Assembly: GCA_951406725.2 (NCBI GenBank)
Contig: OX597837.1
Location: 20,088,001 to 20,152,000 of the forward strand
From: Octopus vulgaris
Taxonomy: Eukaryota
Reading direction: 5' to 3'
DNA: 64,000 bases
Position 1 is the stretch's first letter. Each line of letters begins with the position of its first letter. Made by a program: the position numbers and the translations under genes. Shown here one piece after another: positions 13,462 to 29,069 of this stretch. The notes below the pieces were generated by a model. That model did not search any database, was not told the origin of the DNA, and worked only from the letters and a program-made list of their open reading frames with translations.

Positions 13462-15147
13462 ATATATATCTATACATATACATATATATACATTCATATA
13501 TACATATATTCATCTATACACTCACACAGTACACATACACACACATATAAATATACATATAGATATAATTAGATTCATGCATACAGGTACATATCTATAC
13601 ACGCATTGAGACATACATACATGCATACACACGCACATATACATATATCTATGTAAATATATATACACATATATACATATATACACACATATATATACAC
13701 ACATATACATACACACATACATACATACATACATACATACATACATACATACATACATACATACATACATCATACATATTTGTGTATATTTGAATCTATA
13801 TATGAGATAAAATGGTAATGGGAGTCGGGTTTGTTTTGGACTCGAATTAACATGTGAACCATATTGGATAATGTAGTTATAGGTCGACTCTATCAGGGCA
13901 AACAACGGTATGTTCACAACTGGAGCGTCTTTGATGAAAGATTTACTTGAACGAACTGACCTGGGGCTAAACAACAAACCCGAGATCTTGTTTTGAATTC
14001 TTGCGTTACACACCACCCGTTTGTATCATTCCTCCGTCCTTTGATGTGACTTTAATTCAATTCGATCTCGGTGACTCTTCCTGACTACCTAATGTTGACA
14101 GCCGTAATATTTCAACCAATCTGATCAAAATTAATTTAAAAGAGTCCAGTTGGGATTTATTCTATGATTAATAATAAGTTTGACAATAAATTAAGTATAG
14201 TATTGATAAAAACGTGGAATTACACAATGACTATATGTTTATGGTTTTAAACGCATAAACGTCACATGATTAGTTATTAGAAAGAGTCTATACGGGTTCG
14301 AATGCCGTCAGATCTTCGCATTTAATTTGTCCCTCGTATGTGCCGTCACTTGATTTTTTTTTCTTGCTCCTTTGTTTTCTTTCTTGCAGTTTGCATTAAT
14401 TATAATTTTGATTGTCATATATTCATTAACTTTCTTTTTGCTATCTCATCCAATCGCCATCCACATATTTCGTATCTCAACCACTTCTCATTCATATATT
14501 TAACATCAGCGAATATGCCTACATCAATGCTCATTGCTCTATCTTCCCAGGTGATTGCTGTTTCCTTGTGCTTCCTCGTTGTCAATGGCTTTCTGACTTT
14601 CCATCCATGACATCTCAGATGACCATTCAGTCCCGCTGCAGATCAGCGTGGTTTGAAGTACAGGTAACGGAAGAAAGTTGTAACTTACTGTGTGCTTCTA
14701 GCTTGTCTGCAGACGTTAACACTCTTCCAGCGCCATAGGACTTTCAATAGATGGAATAACAAATGAGGTTACCATGAAGAGACATCTGTACGTCATTGAT
14801 CTATAGCGATAAACGCTTGTAAAACAGAAGTACAGCGCTCTGAGTTTCTGTGATTAGGACATAAAGACCAGCGGAAATGAGATCAGTAATCACATGAAAC
14901 CACAGGTTTTACGTTTGAGTGTCCCTCACTTAGAAGGAAGAAATGATAACAACCAGGGCCCTTCGTTCCTGGTTGTTTTAGCGCGCAGCCTGTTGTAGTA
15001 AAGCGCTGATATGAGAGTTCCTGGGTTTTGATGTTGTGTGGAATCACTTCTTGGATACTATGGTTCTCAGGTTTAATCTGAATCAGAATAGTAGCAACTG
15101 CCAGGGATCCAGCTAAGGGTTAACTAGCATATGTGATGGCCCACATT

Positions 15148-15360
15148 AATCCTTTCTACTATTGGCAGAAGTCCTGCAATTTGAGGGAGGGAGTTAGTCG
15201 ATTAAATCGACCCCAGTATTCAAGTGGTACTTTACTTCATCGACCCCAAAAGGATGAAAGGCAAAGTCGACTCCGGCAGAATTTGGACTCAGAATGGAAA
15301 GACGGACGAAATACCGCTAAACGTTTCGCCCGGCGTACTAACGATTCTGCCAGCTTACCA
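15148..15360 (-). mobile_element. SINE family B (old-tail subfamily)
   Basis: GTCGACTTTGCCTTTCATCCTTT..GGGGTCGAT body. Tail ..CAGGACTTCTGCCAATAGTAGAAAGGATT. Confidence 0.85.
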
Positions 15361-15389
15361 ACAGACACAGGCGTGACTGTGTTGAGACG

Positions 15390-15700
15390 TAGGCGTGGCT
15401 GTGTGGAAAGAAGCTTGCTTCCTAACCACATGCTTCGGGTTCAGTCCCTCTGCGTCGCACCTTGGATGCGTGTCTTCTACTATAGCCTTCTACTATGAGT
15501 GTTTGTCCCCCTACACTACTTGACAGCTGGTGTTTGTGTGTTTACGTCCCCGTAACTTAGCAGTTCTGCAAAAGAACCAGATAAAATAAGTACCAGGCTT
15601 AGTAAAAAAATTAAACACCAAGGTCCATTCATTCGACTAAAATTTCTTCCAAGCGAATACCCCAGCATGGTCGCAGACTGAAAGAAGTAAAAGAGGAAAG
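15390..15700 (+). mobile_element. SINE family A, internally deleted
   Basis: Head and 3' half match the family. Confidence 0.8.
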
Positions 15701-16072
15701 ATATATACATCCATATGTTATATTGGCCACTTCGACGAATGAGGATTTAACAGGATTCACCTGCAAAGATTTCTTAGTTCGCTGTTTAGCTGCTTCGTCC
15801 CGTTTGCCATTCGAACCTAGCCACAGATCAGGTTGCAGGCATTGCAGTAGGGGGATCCGTAATTTGAGGATTATATTCTGTTTCTACCCTGATCTCTTCT
15901 CTTCGTTTTCCCTTGATGGCCACAGAGTCTGCGATGGCTTGGTAGTAAGAGCATCTCCGTTGAGCTTTATTCAGTGCTGCCGATATCCATGTGTCCTTTA
16001 TTAATACATGCATACACACATACATACATACATACATACATACATACATACATACATACGTACATACATACA

Positions 16073-16103
<31 letters not shown>

Positions 16104-16127
16104 GCGCATATGTGTGCGCGTGCGCAG

Positions 16128-16612
<485 letters not shown>

Positions 16613-16688
16613 GTCCGAAGTCAGGACGCCATGATAGATCGTTAGCTCCTACACGCATTTTTTTTGTCTCCTTGTATTTTTCTGTGTA

Positions 16689-16726
16689 TCTTTCTGTCGA
16701 AGAGCGTAGGCTCGAAACGTAAAATA
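16689..16726 (+). ncRNA. minimal type I hammerhead ribozyme motif, CUGUCGA core variant
   Basis: ucuuu-CUGUCGA-A-GAGC(guag)GCUC-GAAA-CG-UA-aaaua, inside mini-element 16617-16808. Confidence 0.6.
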
Positions 16727-16808
16727 CTTTTTCTATTCCTGAGCGCTATACTAATACATTTGTTTGTACTCCACCTGCCTTCGTCTTTTGTTTAAACTTT
16801 CCCTTTAT

Positions 16809-16893
<85 letters not shown>

Positions 16894-17425
16894 CAGACAG
16901 ATATATATATATATGCATATGTATTGGGGGCGTTATTCCTTGTTGAAGGCATTATAACCACTGGAAATCCGTACACATAATCAACTTAACTTCATTATTA
17001 TTTACATAAGAACACACACACACACACACATACATACAGACATCATCCATGCATACATCTTACACACACACACATACACACACACATATATATACTATAA
17101 GGTATCACCGCCTTTCGTCGTACATCTGTTAGCTGGTCATTGACACTCTGTTTTAGTGTATCCGTTTGAGTCAATTGCTGTCAGACGCAGCTGTCACTGA
17201 CGTATTAAACTGTTCAGCCGCTTCCATCGTAAACTAAGTCACCTACATCATAAACAAAGACTGTCGTCTGCTCTGCTTTCATTCTAACATATTCCACAAA
17301 ACAACAATTTGAAAGAACTCAATCATCTTTCGTTTCAATACGTTTTCGTACACTATTTCTTGCTTTCTGTCTCTTTGTCCCCTTTATTTTGACATTTCGT
17401 TATTTTCCTATTTCTTTGTTCTTTC

Positions 17426-17490
<65 letters not shown>

Positions 17491-17534
17491 CATTATTATT
17501 ATTATCATTATTTTACATTGTTATTCAATACCTT

Positions 17535-17817
17535 TTATCTTTTACTTGTTACAGTCATTGGACTGCGACCATGCTGGGGCACCGCCTTCAAGAGTTTCAG
17601 TCGAACGAATCGACCTCACTACTTATATTACAGGAACATATACAAACCAACACCGGTTGTCAAGCGGCGATGAAAGAGAAACATAAATGCAAGGACACCC
17701 ACAGACACACTCATTCATACATACATACATTCATACATACATGCAAACATACATACATATATATATATATATGTATATATATATGTGTGTGTGTGTATGT
17801 ATATATGTATATATATA

Positions 17818-17868
<51 letters not shown>

Positions 17869-17985
17869 CTGCCATGCGCTTCTTTCATTTTCTGTCTATC
17901 AAATCCGCACACAAGGCTTTGGTAGGCCCGAGGCTATGGTAGAAGACACTTGCCCAAGGTGAAAGCCTCTTACCACACAGCCATG
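17535..17985 (-). mobile_element. SINE family A, diverged
   Basis: Family tail, internal microsatellite and partial head. Confidence 0.75.
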
Positions 17986-18269
17986 ATTTTGACACGAGAG
18001 TGGTGCAAAGACGGTAGAGTGCAGAAATAAACCTCTTATTTCACTATGGAAGAAGCATCATCATTATGTTGGATGTACTGTATTTTAGATTTAATGACGA
18101 ACGGCTAAATATTGATGTTGATTAACTCGACGTAGTTAAATATTAGCGCACCATCTTTAAACAAGACAAGATGAACAGACTTGTTATGGTAACCTTACGT
18201 ACACCTATGACTGGAGAAAGGTCGTGTGATTATGTTTCCATTGCTTTTAATTAATAACACTGTTCAACA

Positions 18270-18700
18270 CGAATTTTGTCCTTGGATATCAACTGTTATT
18301 TCCTAGAAAGTATGAAAAATGGCTAAAATTCCCTTCAAACTTTGCTTTTCTTACATCTATTCAAACCTCAAAGAATCCCTCTCGACACATGGCTATGATG
18401 CTCCCCCTTTACTCCTGTTCACTGTGTGACATGATTTTTGTCCTTGGGCAGCAACTGTTATTTCCAATTTGTTTACCCCTAGAAAGTATGAAAAAGGGCC
18501 AACGTTTCCTTCAAGCTCTGCTTTTGTTACAATATTTATTCAAACCCCAAACAGTCCCTCTCGACACATGGCTATGATGCTTCCCCCATTAATCCTACTC
18601 ATAATCAGAGATGCACACATTGTCAGCCACTAAGGGACATGCTCAAATAATCAAGGTCGAGCAACTGACAAACAAAACAATGATATTGTGCAGAATGTTT
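18270..18700 (-). mobile_element. diverged copy of the 8066-8607 element with internal ~180-bp tandem duplication
   Basis: ATTCAAAC..AAAGAATCCCTCTCGACACATGGCTATGATGCT occurs at about 18359 and, slightly diverged, at about 18538. Confidence 0.7.
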
Positions 18701-19620
18701 GTAATAATGATACTTCTGCTTCGGCAACTCAGTGCTGAATCTGATTGAAATGTAATGGAAAATAGGTTAAGTTTCAAAGCATTGATATCCAGGTCACAAA
18801 GACCAAGTCTGAAGGGAACAGCAGTGATTTCCTTTGATCTTTAGTTAGAAGCAAACAAGAAATAACACTTACTGACCAAAGACAAAAAAACATTAAAATT
18901 TTTATTATACAGTGGAATCTGACAGATCAGGGTTAATACTAACAGCAACCATCTAGATACGTTATTTCATCACCACCGAAGTCAGAGTAACGTGACAATC
19001 AAAGGAACAGACAAGAGTGCAGCTTTAGTGTTTGGCAAACTGATCAGAAACCGAGAATTTCTTCGTAAGTAGAGTGATACAGATTTCTATCTCAACTGAG
19101 ACAGAGATCACGCTTCCAAAATCCCCAAACTCTTATTTCGTAATACTAAGGGCTTAATTTTCTCCTTCGCACTCCTCCCCTTCCATCGCCACAAACTTCA
19201 TCCACGTCACAACTTAAGTATCCGCTATGTTTTTCTTTTTCTATTTCCTTTCTAGCCTGCATAAAGCTTAACTTTTTCAGCGCCTTACTTACCCCCACTG
19301 AACTCTCACAACTATTCACTGTGGATATAGAATCATCCTAATTTTGTCATCCTTAACCAATAGCAACGGATTCTTATTCTTTTGATATTCACCCTTCTCT
19401 TGAATCTACCACCACTCTTTTCCATTTCCATGAAATTCTTACTCTCACCTGCTTCTTCTTTCCTGGTGAGGTCTATCAATAAATTACTTGAGTGGCCATG
19501 GGTAACTAAGATGAACTACAGTTATTCCAACCCGTTGGTGAAACCCACTGAATTCTAAAGTTATTATGTCGTTGATTACGTCGGCGTTAAATTGTTGTTC
19601 TCTGAGATGCAGCACGGAAT

Positions 19621-19671
19621 TTTGTCAGTGAACAAGTCGCGGTCTCAAAGCGACGAAAATAGTTTGACAAA
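19621..19671 (+). ncRNA. type I hammerhead motif with G3-C8 compensatory core
   Basis: uuuguca-GUGAACA-A-GUCGC(9 nt)GCGAC-GAAA-auag-UU-ugacaaa. 7-bp stem I, 5-bp stem II. Confidence 0.6.
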
Positions 19672-20479
19672 TTAAATTTAAATGTTGAAGTGAATCTAGC
19701 ATTTTGTGTGTTTCTTAAATGGCTTATAAACACCGTCCACGCTGCAATTGTTTTCGTTCAAGCACACGATCTCAGATCAGGTCACTTGCTATGTAAGTAC
19801 TTCTCCGATAAATACTTCGTTTTTATTTATTTTGACGACAATTTCCACTCATCTTTGCAGTTTACTTCAACCATCCCCGACACATAATGTAAAACTTCAG
19901 AACAATTAGCTTTGTTTGCCTTATCAATTCTTGGGTCTCTTTTTCATTTGTTGCAAGACAACATGAAAGTTAGCCCCTTAATACCTTCTCTTCGAGAGTA
20001 AATAAACCATCTCTCTCCAACAGATACGGGTATTTTTTCAGACACTTTTGTTACCTTCTACAATATTTCTCCCGCCATTCGTAGTATAACTACAACTGAT
20101 TATCCTCTTATTTCTAATTCTGCTCAAATTAAAATACTAGTTTATTCTTTCCTAACCTTGCTCACACTGAAACTGCCAATTCGTTCTTGCAATTTCTTCG
20201 ATTACGACAACGACTATGTAGTAGCAACTAACTTCCTTTACAGACCTGACAAAATGTGCCATGTCTTCCAAAGTGTATTTCTCCTAAGTCTTTAGTCAAC
20301 TCTGACTCCAGTGAAACCAGGTGACTGACAGACAGTCTGTACTATTTTTACCTAAATAAACACAAAGTTCCCTGTGACCACGTTGTCTCATCAATGAACT
20401 AGTCATCATAATTGCCATTATCTTTTCTATAGCCTTCTGACAGATTCTATCTTTCCAAACTCACTGGGAAGCCATATGA

Positions 20480-21430
20480 CTTTCCTAGTAGTTTAAATTA
20501 CTTTAGACTACTAATCTGTCTAAAATCGATTTTTCTAGATGACTCCTTAAATCTAAACTCTCGCTCTTATAAACGTAGCATAAGCCCAACGAAACCCGTT
20601 CCCACAAAAACCTTTCCTACCACCCCCTATAGTTATAGCCAACATCAGTAATAATATATCTATCCTCATGTTTTGATATTTTTGATAAAGGCAGCCCCTA
20701 GCTATAACGATGTCTTAGATAACAGGGGCTTCAAAGAAAAGTTATATTACAATCCATCTAGTAATAATACTTATAATAAAAATAAACCTAAAAATAGACC
20801 TAGGAAAGTAATTTGGTTCACCCCCACTTCTCCCAAAATGTTAAAACTAATGTAGGTAGGAAATTCCTGTCTCTTTTAAATAAACATTTCCCAATAAATC
20901 ACAACTACCGGAAGATTTTTAACAGACGCTCAGTCAAATTACCAAATAGCTGCTGCCCCAGAATGAAGAATATCATTACCCGCAAACACCACTAAGAGCC
21001 CACTCCCAGGTGTAACTGTTCAGACTCTGGAGCTAGTCCACTCGACCGAGGGTATATGATAAACTTCGTCATATACGAGGTAGAAGTAACAACAATGTTT
21101 CAAGATAAATCAACTAAAAAGGAGAATTACATCGGATTATGTGAAGATGCTTTCAAAAAGTATTATGCCAGCCACCTGCCTTCTTTCCAGCACATCGAGA
21201 AAAGTAAAGCAACTAAGTTAGCTCGCCATGTATAGAATTTGAGGACCAACTCCATTCTACATAAATCAGGTGGAGAATTGTGAAAAACTTCAGGCTAAAC
21301 GTTAAAGGATCTTAGAAATGTAACTTACGCATAGCAGAAATATCTCATATTTTTCTTAGCTCTAAGAATTCCAACACACTGCTTAATACCAGATCTGAAA
21401 TTTTTTGCAGGTGTAAGCACACGGACAGGT
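20480..21430 (+). pseudogene. Penelope-like element: RT thumb, linker and GIY-YIG endonuclease (decayed)
   Basis: IDFLD..LNL..KPN..HP; RKVIWF.PHFSQNVKTNVGRKFLSLLNKHFP..KIFNR; CNC; VIYEVEV..NYIGLCEDAFKKYY.SH. Confidence 0.88.
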
Positions 21431-21792
21431 TTTTTGTCGAACAGGAGGACTTCACCTGCTCTGGATTGAGTTGCAGTCTTGCGGAGTCTGACATGATTTC
21501 TGTTATCTTGTTCTACGCCAGCTGTATTAATTTTGGTTTCTGCAATCAACGAGGAGGGGATCTTTGTTTTCTTGCTTTGCTTTCTTTCTTCTCGTTCCAT
21601 TCTTTGCATAAACCTTCTTTGCGTTTTTTCTTTTGTTTTGTTTTGTTTTTTCACGTGTTTTTTCCTTAATTTCTCACCGTCCAGCTTACTTGTTTTTAAA
21701 ATAAATATAACGCATAAACAGAGCCTGAAAGATTGCTTTAAGATACATGCTGTATTTTATAAATATGCCTGTTTAAAAATCATAAAAGCATA

Positions 21793-21869
<77 letters not shown>

Positions 21870-21959
21870 CGCTTCTGTTTTTAATCATTTAAATTCATCC
21901 TCTGAAGAAGGATCTGGTTTCTAACAGAGATAGAAACTTCCATCCTTTGAATGCAGATA

Positions 21960-22925
21960 ACAAAAACAATGTCAAATTCTAAATTTGAGACAAGTCTTGC
22001 AGATTTTTACTGCTCCACTTACAGATTTTATTTCTGAAGTGCCAGTTAGTTGGCTGATTTCTTTTTCTGAAAACCCTAGCTTATCCAGTTTGCCACCTAG
22101 GTATTTACTCACAAAACCAAGTGCACCAACTATTATTGGCGTAAATGTGAATTTATACTCAGAATACGGAAGCAGTTGTCCTCTTTCCCCTTGATTTTCA
22201 TGCGGATATTCACATCTGCAGAGCGGCTGACCTGACCTCTATGACAGGATATATTTTTTTTTGTCTGACTCGAACAATATCCAGCCTGTTGTGCTTACAC
22301 TTGACGGAAGTTTTGATGGGAATGTCCTACCAGATTAAATTGTTTGTGTACGTATTCGATAACAGGCGAGTCCTTTACATTTATGCCAGGAAGGTCTTTT
22401 TTCTGGATGGAATTATATATTGTTTTTGAAACATCATGTAAGTTAATGAGATTCTTGAGCAGCTGCGAATCACATGTGTGATATCTTCCACAGAAATATG
22501 ATATAATAACATAATCCACATCTTTGGTTACATCTTGAAGCTCCAATAGCTTCCTGGGGAGCTCGCTGCTGGCAGGTCGGATATTGATCGCTTCACTTAT
22601 CAGCACTAAGTGTATTTATTTTTATTGTTGTTGTTTAGTAAGTGCTGTCTGAGAGAGATTATACGATATTCGAATGCTGTCTACACTGATCTCAAACATT
22701 TACCACCACTTCTTAGGTAGGGCCTGTCGATATCATTATTCCTGGGGAGATTCTCAGTTGATGTCAGTACCTTGTGGTTCTTAACGTTTATGGAGTGGAT
22801 TTCCTCTAGAGACCAGTCAAGTATCCCTAATGTTGGAATCAGCACTGGTACTAAAAATGCATTGTGGGATATTGCCTTGTCGTAAGAGGAGAGTTCCGAC
22901 TGCCATATTTTTCTAAGTCAGGCAT
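21960..22925 (-). mobile_element. R4/R2-group (REL endonuclease) LINE 3' fragment, highly decayed
   Basis: IWQSELSPYDKAISHNAF.VPVLIPTLGILDWSLEEI thumb motif, with a decayed KHNRxDIV..ADVNI endonuclease region downstream. Confidence 0.65.
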
Positions 22926-22946
22926 AACATTCCCGAGTTACTTACG

Positions 22947-22977
<31 letters not shown>

Positions 22978-23539
22978 ATGTATGTTTATGTGTGTGTACG
23001 TAAACGGACGGATCACTCCAATGGAGGTTCTCTGACTATCTAGTAATAGCACTGGCACTCAGAAATTTTCGGTTTGTATTCTGCGTGCTAGAAGACCACT
23101 GGGAGTGAGACACCGCTTAGCTTTTGTTAAAGCATATTTCTAGAAGGTCACTGTGATATAAAACCAGATATGCAGAGAATGGCATATCTCGCCGCAGCGA
23201 GCATGGAAACCGCGGATGCGAACCAGGGTGAAACCGACTGCTGGTACAGTACCCTCATGCACAAGCATTGCTGGCATTTTGCATGAACAATGATCAGTGA
23301 TGGGCTTCTTTGGTTACGTGTGGACAGCCATCGTCATCGTGTTTGTTCGTATGTATGTATGTATGTATGTATGTATGTATGTATGTATGTATGTATGTAT
23401 GTATGTATGTATGCATGCATGTATGTATGTATGTATGTATGTATGTATGTATGTATGTATGTATGTATGTATGTATGCATGCATGTATGTATGTATGTAT
23501 GTATGTATGTATGTATGTATGTATGTATGTATGTATGTA

Positions 23540-23569
<30 letters not shown>

Positions 23570-23571
<2 letters not shown>

Positions 23572-23700
23572 GTTACAGTGTTTCGCTCACGCTTGAAAGA
23601 TCATGGTTTTGATTATCAGGCGAGCAGCCCGATGTGTTCTTGAGCAAAGCACTTCATTTTATGCTACTCCAGTCCACTCAGCTGTAAATGAGTAGCGCCC
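23570..23700 (+). mobile_element. SINE family C fragment
   Basis: TGTGTTCTTGAGCAAAGCACTTCATTT..CTCCAGTCCACTCAGCTGTAAATGAGT. Confidence 0.7.
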
Positions 23701-24289
23701 CGTTCATGACGAATGTTGTGGGCCGTCTGAGCCCTTGGACTCAAAACAGTAATATTCGATAGACTTACTAGATGTGACTTACTTGATATAAGCGTGTGTG
23801 TTTGTAAATGACTCGTAAGGTCTAGTTTGACGTGTATTGCAAGTACACATTGTCCAACACAATATATGATTAACTTCACCTGCTCGTGTGTTACTCATAG
23901 AACAAATAGTATGAGTGCTCACGATGACGATGCACTAAGAAAGGGCGAGCGCCCAGTGCCCTCAAATTGCACTTCCGCTGCCTCACACGAGGAATTTATA
24001 AACCAAATGGCAATTTGTGATAACACGAAGGAATCCTCCAGAAGTACTCTGTCCTCGCTATAGTGGTATGAATGACCCATCAAAACTTAGACGCGTTTTA
24101 GCCCAGCAGCTAGTTTTACTTTAAAGGATGAAATATTAATTCTCAAAGCTAAAAGCTGGCTCAGTCACCAAACTTTGCCAAAACAACAAAATATGCTAAC
24201 GATAGGATAAGTAGTAAACATTGTAGTAAAGAACAGCAGAGAGAAGGTGTTATGTGTATCACGGAAATGGGTCAAAGCGGAAACGAAGC

Positions 24290-25630
24290 TCAACACCTGA
24301 TTGATAAAAACTATGATAGACGCATTACAAAAGTTGGGGCATGGAATGTATCTTACTCAAAACATTGAGATTACTTTCTTTAGACTTAAAGACATTGAGA
24401 TTATCTGGATTTCACTCGAGAGTAGTGTTAGTAATTAAATCGATATTTGTATAAGTACGAAATGGCGCACTTCCCTACATAGAAAGCAACTAACATTGGT
24501 TCAGATTATAAAGTTGGTAGTGGGAAAAGTTCAGTTTAACCTTAAACAAAACAAAGGGATCAAACCAGCGCAACGCTTTGCTACAAAGAACCTGAAACCA
24601 TACGCCACTGATATATTCTGATATATCTATTTCTTTACAACCCACAAGGGGCTAAACACAGAGGGGACAAACAAGGACAGACATAGGTATTAAGTCGATT
24701 ATATCGACCCCAGTGCGTAACTGGTACTTAATTTATCGACCCCGAAAGGATGAAAGGCAAAGTCGACCTCGGCGGAATTTGAACTTAGAATGCAACGGCA
24801 GACGAAATACTGCAAAGCACTTCGCCCAGCGTGCTAACGATTCTGCCAGCTCACCGCCTTCTGATATATCTAAACTATATATATAAACTAGATATATTCT
24901 GTGTATAGGTAAAAACATATATTTTGTTTCAAGATAATATTGAAGAACAGTGAGGCCATTTTTACTATTATTGATGGACACAGGCATTTTCAGTGAGAAC
25001 ATGGGGAGGTATTAGCAGACTTCTGGAGTTTAACAGTTGAGAGAAAAGATGTAAAAATCAAGCCATATTAAACCAGAATTTTGAACGAGTGGAGAGGTGA
25101 AGATGGATATTGTAGTTTTCGGGATAAAAGAATGGAACGAAGGTACAGGACAGACAATTGGAGATGTTTAGAAGCCAAAAATTACCAAGGCACTGAGAGA
25201 TCTTGGGGCATATTCATACGTCACAATGGGATTAAAATTACCTTACGAGATATCCAATATGGCACCTAAGTTTCGCAACAAACTTATCTTCCATAGAGGT
25301 TGTTTTTTATTGTCTTTCACTGATATTGTATACGGACGCTATTGAGAATTTCCTTGAATGAGAACATATTAAAGATGAAGAAGTGATGGAGAGCTGGGAA
25401 AGAAACTTTATATGATAGAAGTGAAAAGGCAATTTATTGGACATGTCCTGCGTTTCACAGTAGAAATCATGTCTCATAAAGCAATTGAATGGATACCAGA
25501 TACGAGGAAAAGGTAAGTAAGATGTCCGTATGAAACGGGAAAGATTTTGTGAAGGATCTGTAGAAACAGGAAAAGAGATGGAGGGGACTGAAGCAGAAGG
25601 GGGAGAAAAACATTGTAGCAAAGAGGATGG
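24290..25630 (+). mobile_element. RTE-clade LINE remnant (APE endonuclease and C-terminal pieces) interrupted by a SINE
   Basis: GAWNV; ID-ICIS..WRTSL..IGSD; FIGHVLR..AIEWIP motifs. Confidence 0.65.
24630..24858 (-). mobile_element. SINE family B, young-tail full-length copy
   Basis: TSD TTCTGATATATCTA at 24616-24629 and 24859-24872. Confidence 0.92.
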
Positions 25631-25639
25631 TGAATTGAA

Positions 25640-27570
<1,931 letters not shown>

Positions 27571-27772
27571 GCAAGCAAGAGTGTTTGTATGTCTTTCTCT
27601 CGCATTCTCCGTGGCTTCTCCAGGGCAAACACACATTCCTTTCCTTTACATACACATTCGGAAGAAAAAAATTTGTTTCAAAATTTCAATTTATTCATCT
27701 TTCTTTTCTCTGTGTCTCTGTCTCTTTCTCTCTTTTCTCTCGCTTTCTGTCTCACTATCTCTCTGTCTCTGC

Positions 27773-27805
<33 letters not shown>

Positions 27806-27988
27806 TCTTTCTCTTTCTCACACTCTCACACACACAGTCTCAATGCAAATTTATATGTAAGCCTAAGTGTACATAGATGTATACACGTATACATACAAAT
27901 GCCTATATAAATATACAGACGACCTTACATTTATAAATACATACATACATGTATATGTGTGTGTGTCTGTATACAATATATACAAGCA

Positions 27989-28027
<39 letters not shown>

Positions 28028-28718
28028 ATAGCCATAAATATATTATTACACATAAATATATAAATTTATATATATACAGTAACGTGAACCCACTATCCTA
28101 AATATAGCGTATTTCTTACATTAGGTTTGGTATATGTTACAAATTAATTTGTGTTCTTGTATGTATAAATGAATGAATGAATGAAAATATGTATGTTTGT
28201 ATGTCTGTATGTGCATATGTGTGAGTTCTTATTAGCGTGTGTGTGTGTATTTTATTTCTCTCCTTTTTCTCTATCATGTCAACGTTACCCTTTCTCCTCT
28301 TAATTTTTTATATCTACCTTCTACTCTTTGTCCTCTCTTTTTCCCCAAATGTAGCTTATTAATATTAGATTATTATGTTACTCACAATTAGGAAAGAGAT
28401 TCTTTCCATGACCACTACTCTCTTATAAACACAATGCACCTTGCACTACACTCTCATAAACTTCCTCTCGTCTGCTTCTTGTCTCCACTGGCCGCGTTAT
28501 TTTTATGGCTGTAGTTAGCTTTATACCTCAATACCTGAATTTCTTTTCCTTGTTAACCTCTATTCCCTTGCATGGACAGTACGACAGAAAGTAATTATTT
28601 TAAAATATGGCAAAATATGTACAATATAATTCAGTTTTTGTTGTTGTTAGATCCTGTTTAGCCCCTTCAAAAAGACCTATGAGAAATAGCGGTTCCACTG
28701 TAACCATCTTGTCCTTCT

Positions 28719-29069
28719 TATAAAGGGAAAGTTTACGAAAATAAACAAAAGACGAAGGCAGGTGGAGTACAAACAAACAAATGTATTAGTATAGCGCTTA
28801 GGAATAGAAATATAAATATAAAATGCGTGTAGTAGCTAACGATCTATCATGGCGAAGTCAGGACGCCATGATAGATCGTTAGCTCCTACACGCTTTTTTT
28901 TCTCTTCTTGTTTCTCTCCTTGTTTTTTTCTGCGTATCTTTCTGTCGAAGAGCATAGGCTCGAAACGTAAAAGACTTTTTCTATTCCTGAGCGCTATACT
29001 AATACATTTGTTTGTTTGTACTCCACCTGCCTTCGTCTTTTGTTTATTTTCGTAAACTTTCCCTTTATA
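28719..29069. mobile_element. Penelope-type mini-element in inverted (fold-back) arrangement
   Basis: Outer arms 28719-28810 / 28978-29069 and central hairpin 28825-28893. Same family as 16617-16808. Confidence 0.8.
28937..28974 (+). ncRNA. minimal type I hammerhead motif, CUGUCGA core
   Basis: ucuuu-CUGUCGA-A-GAGC(auag)GCUC-GAAA-CG-UA-aaaga, with a perfect 5-bp stem I. Confidence 0.65.

Noticed and set aside
18720-19500. Possible decayed LINE on the minus strand
   Set aside because: No diagnostic motif could be read.
21895-21955. CUGAAGA plus long stem II after the Penelope ORF
   Set aside because: GAAA and stems I/III are not recoverable. At most a dead hammerhead remnant.
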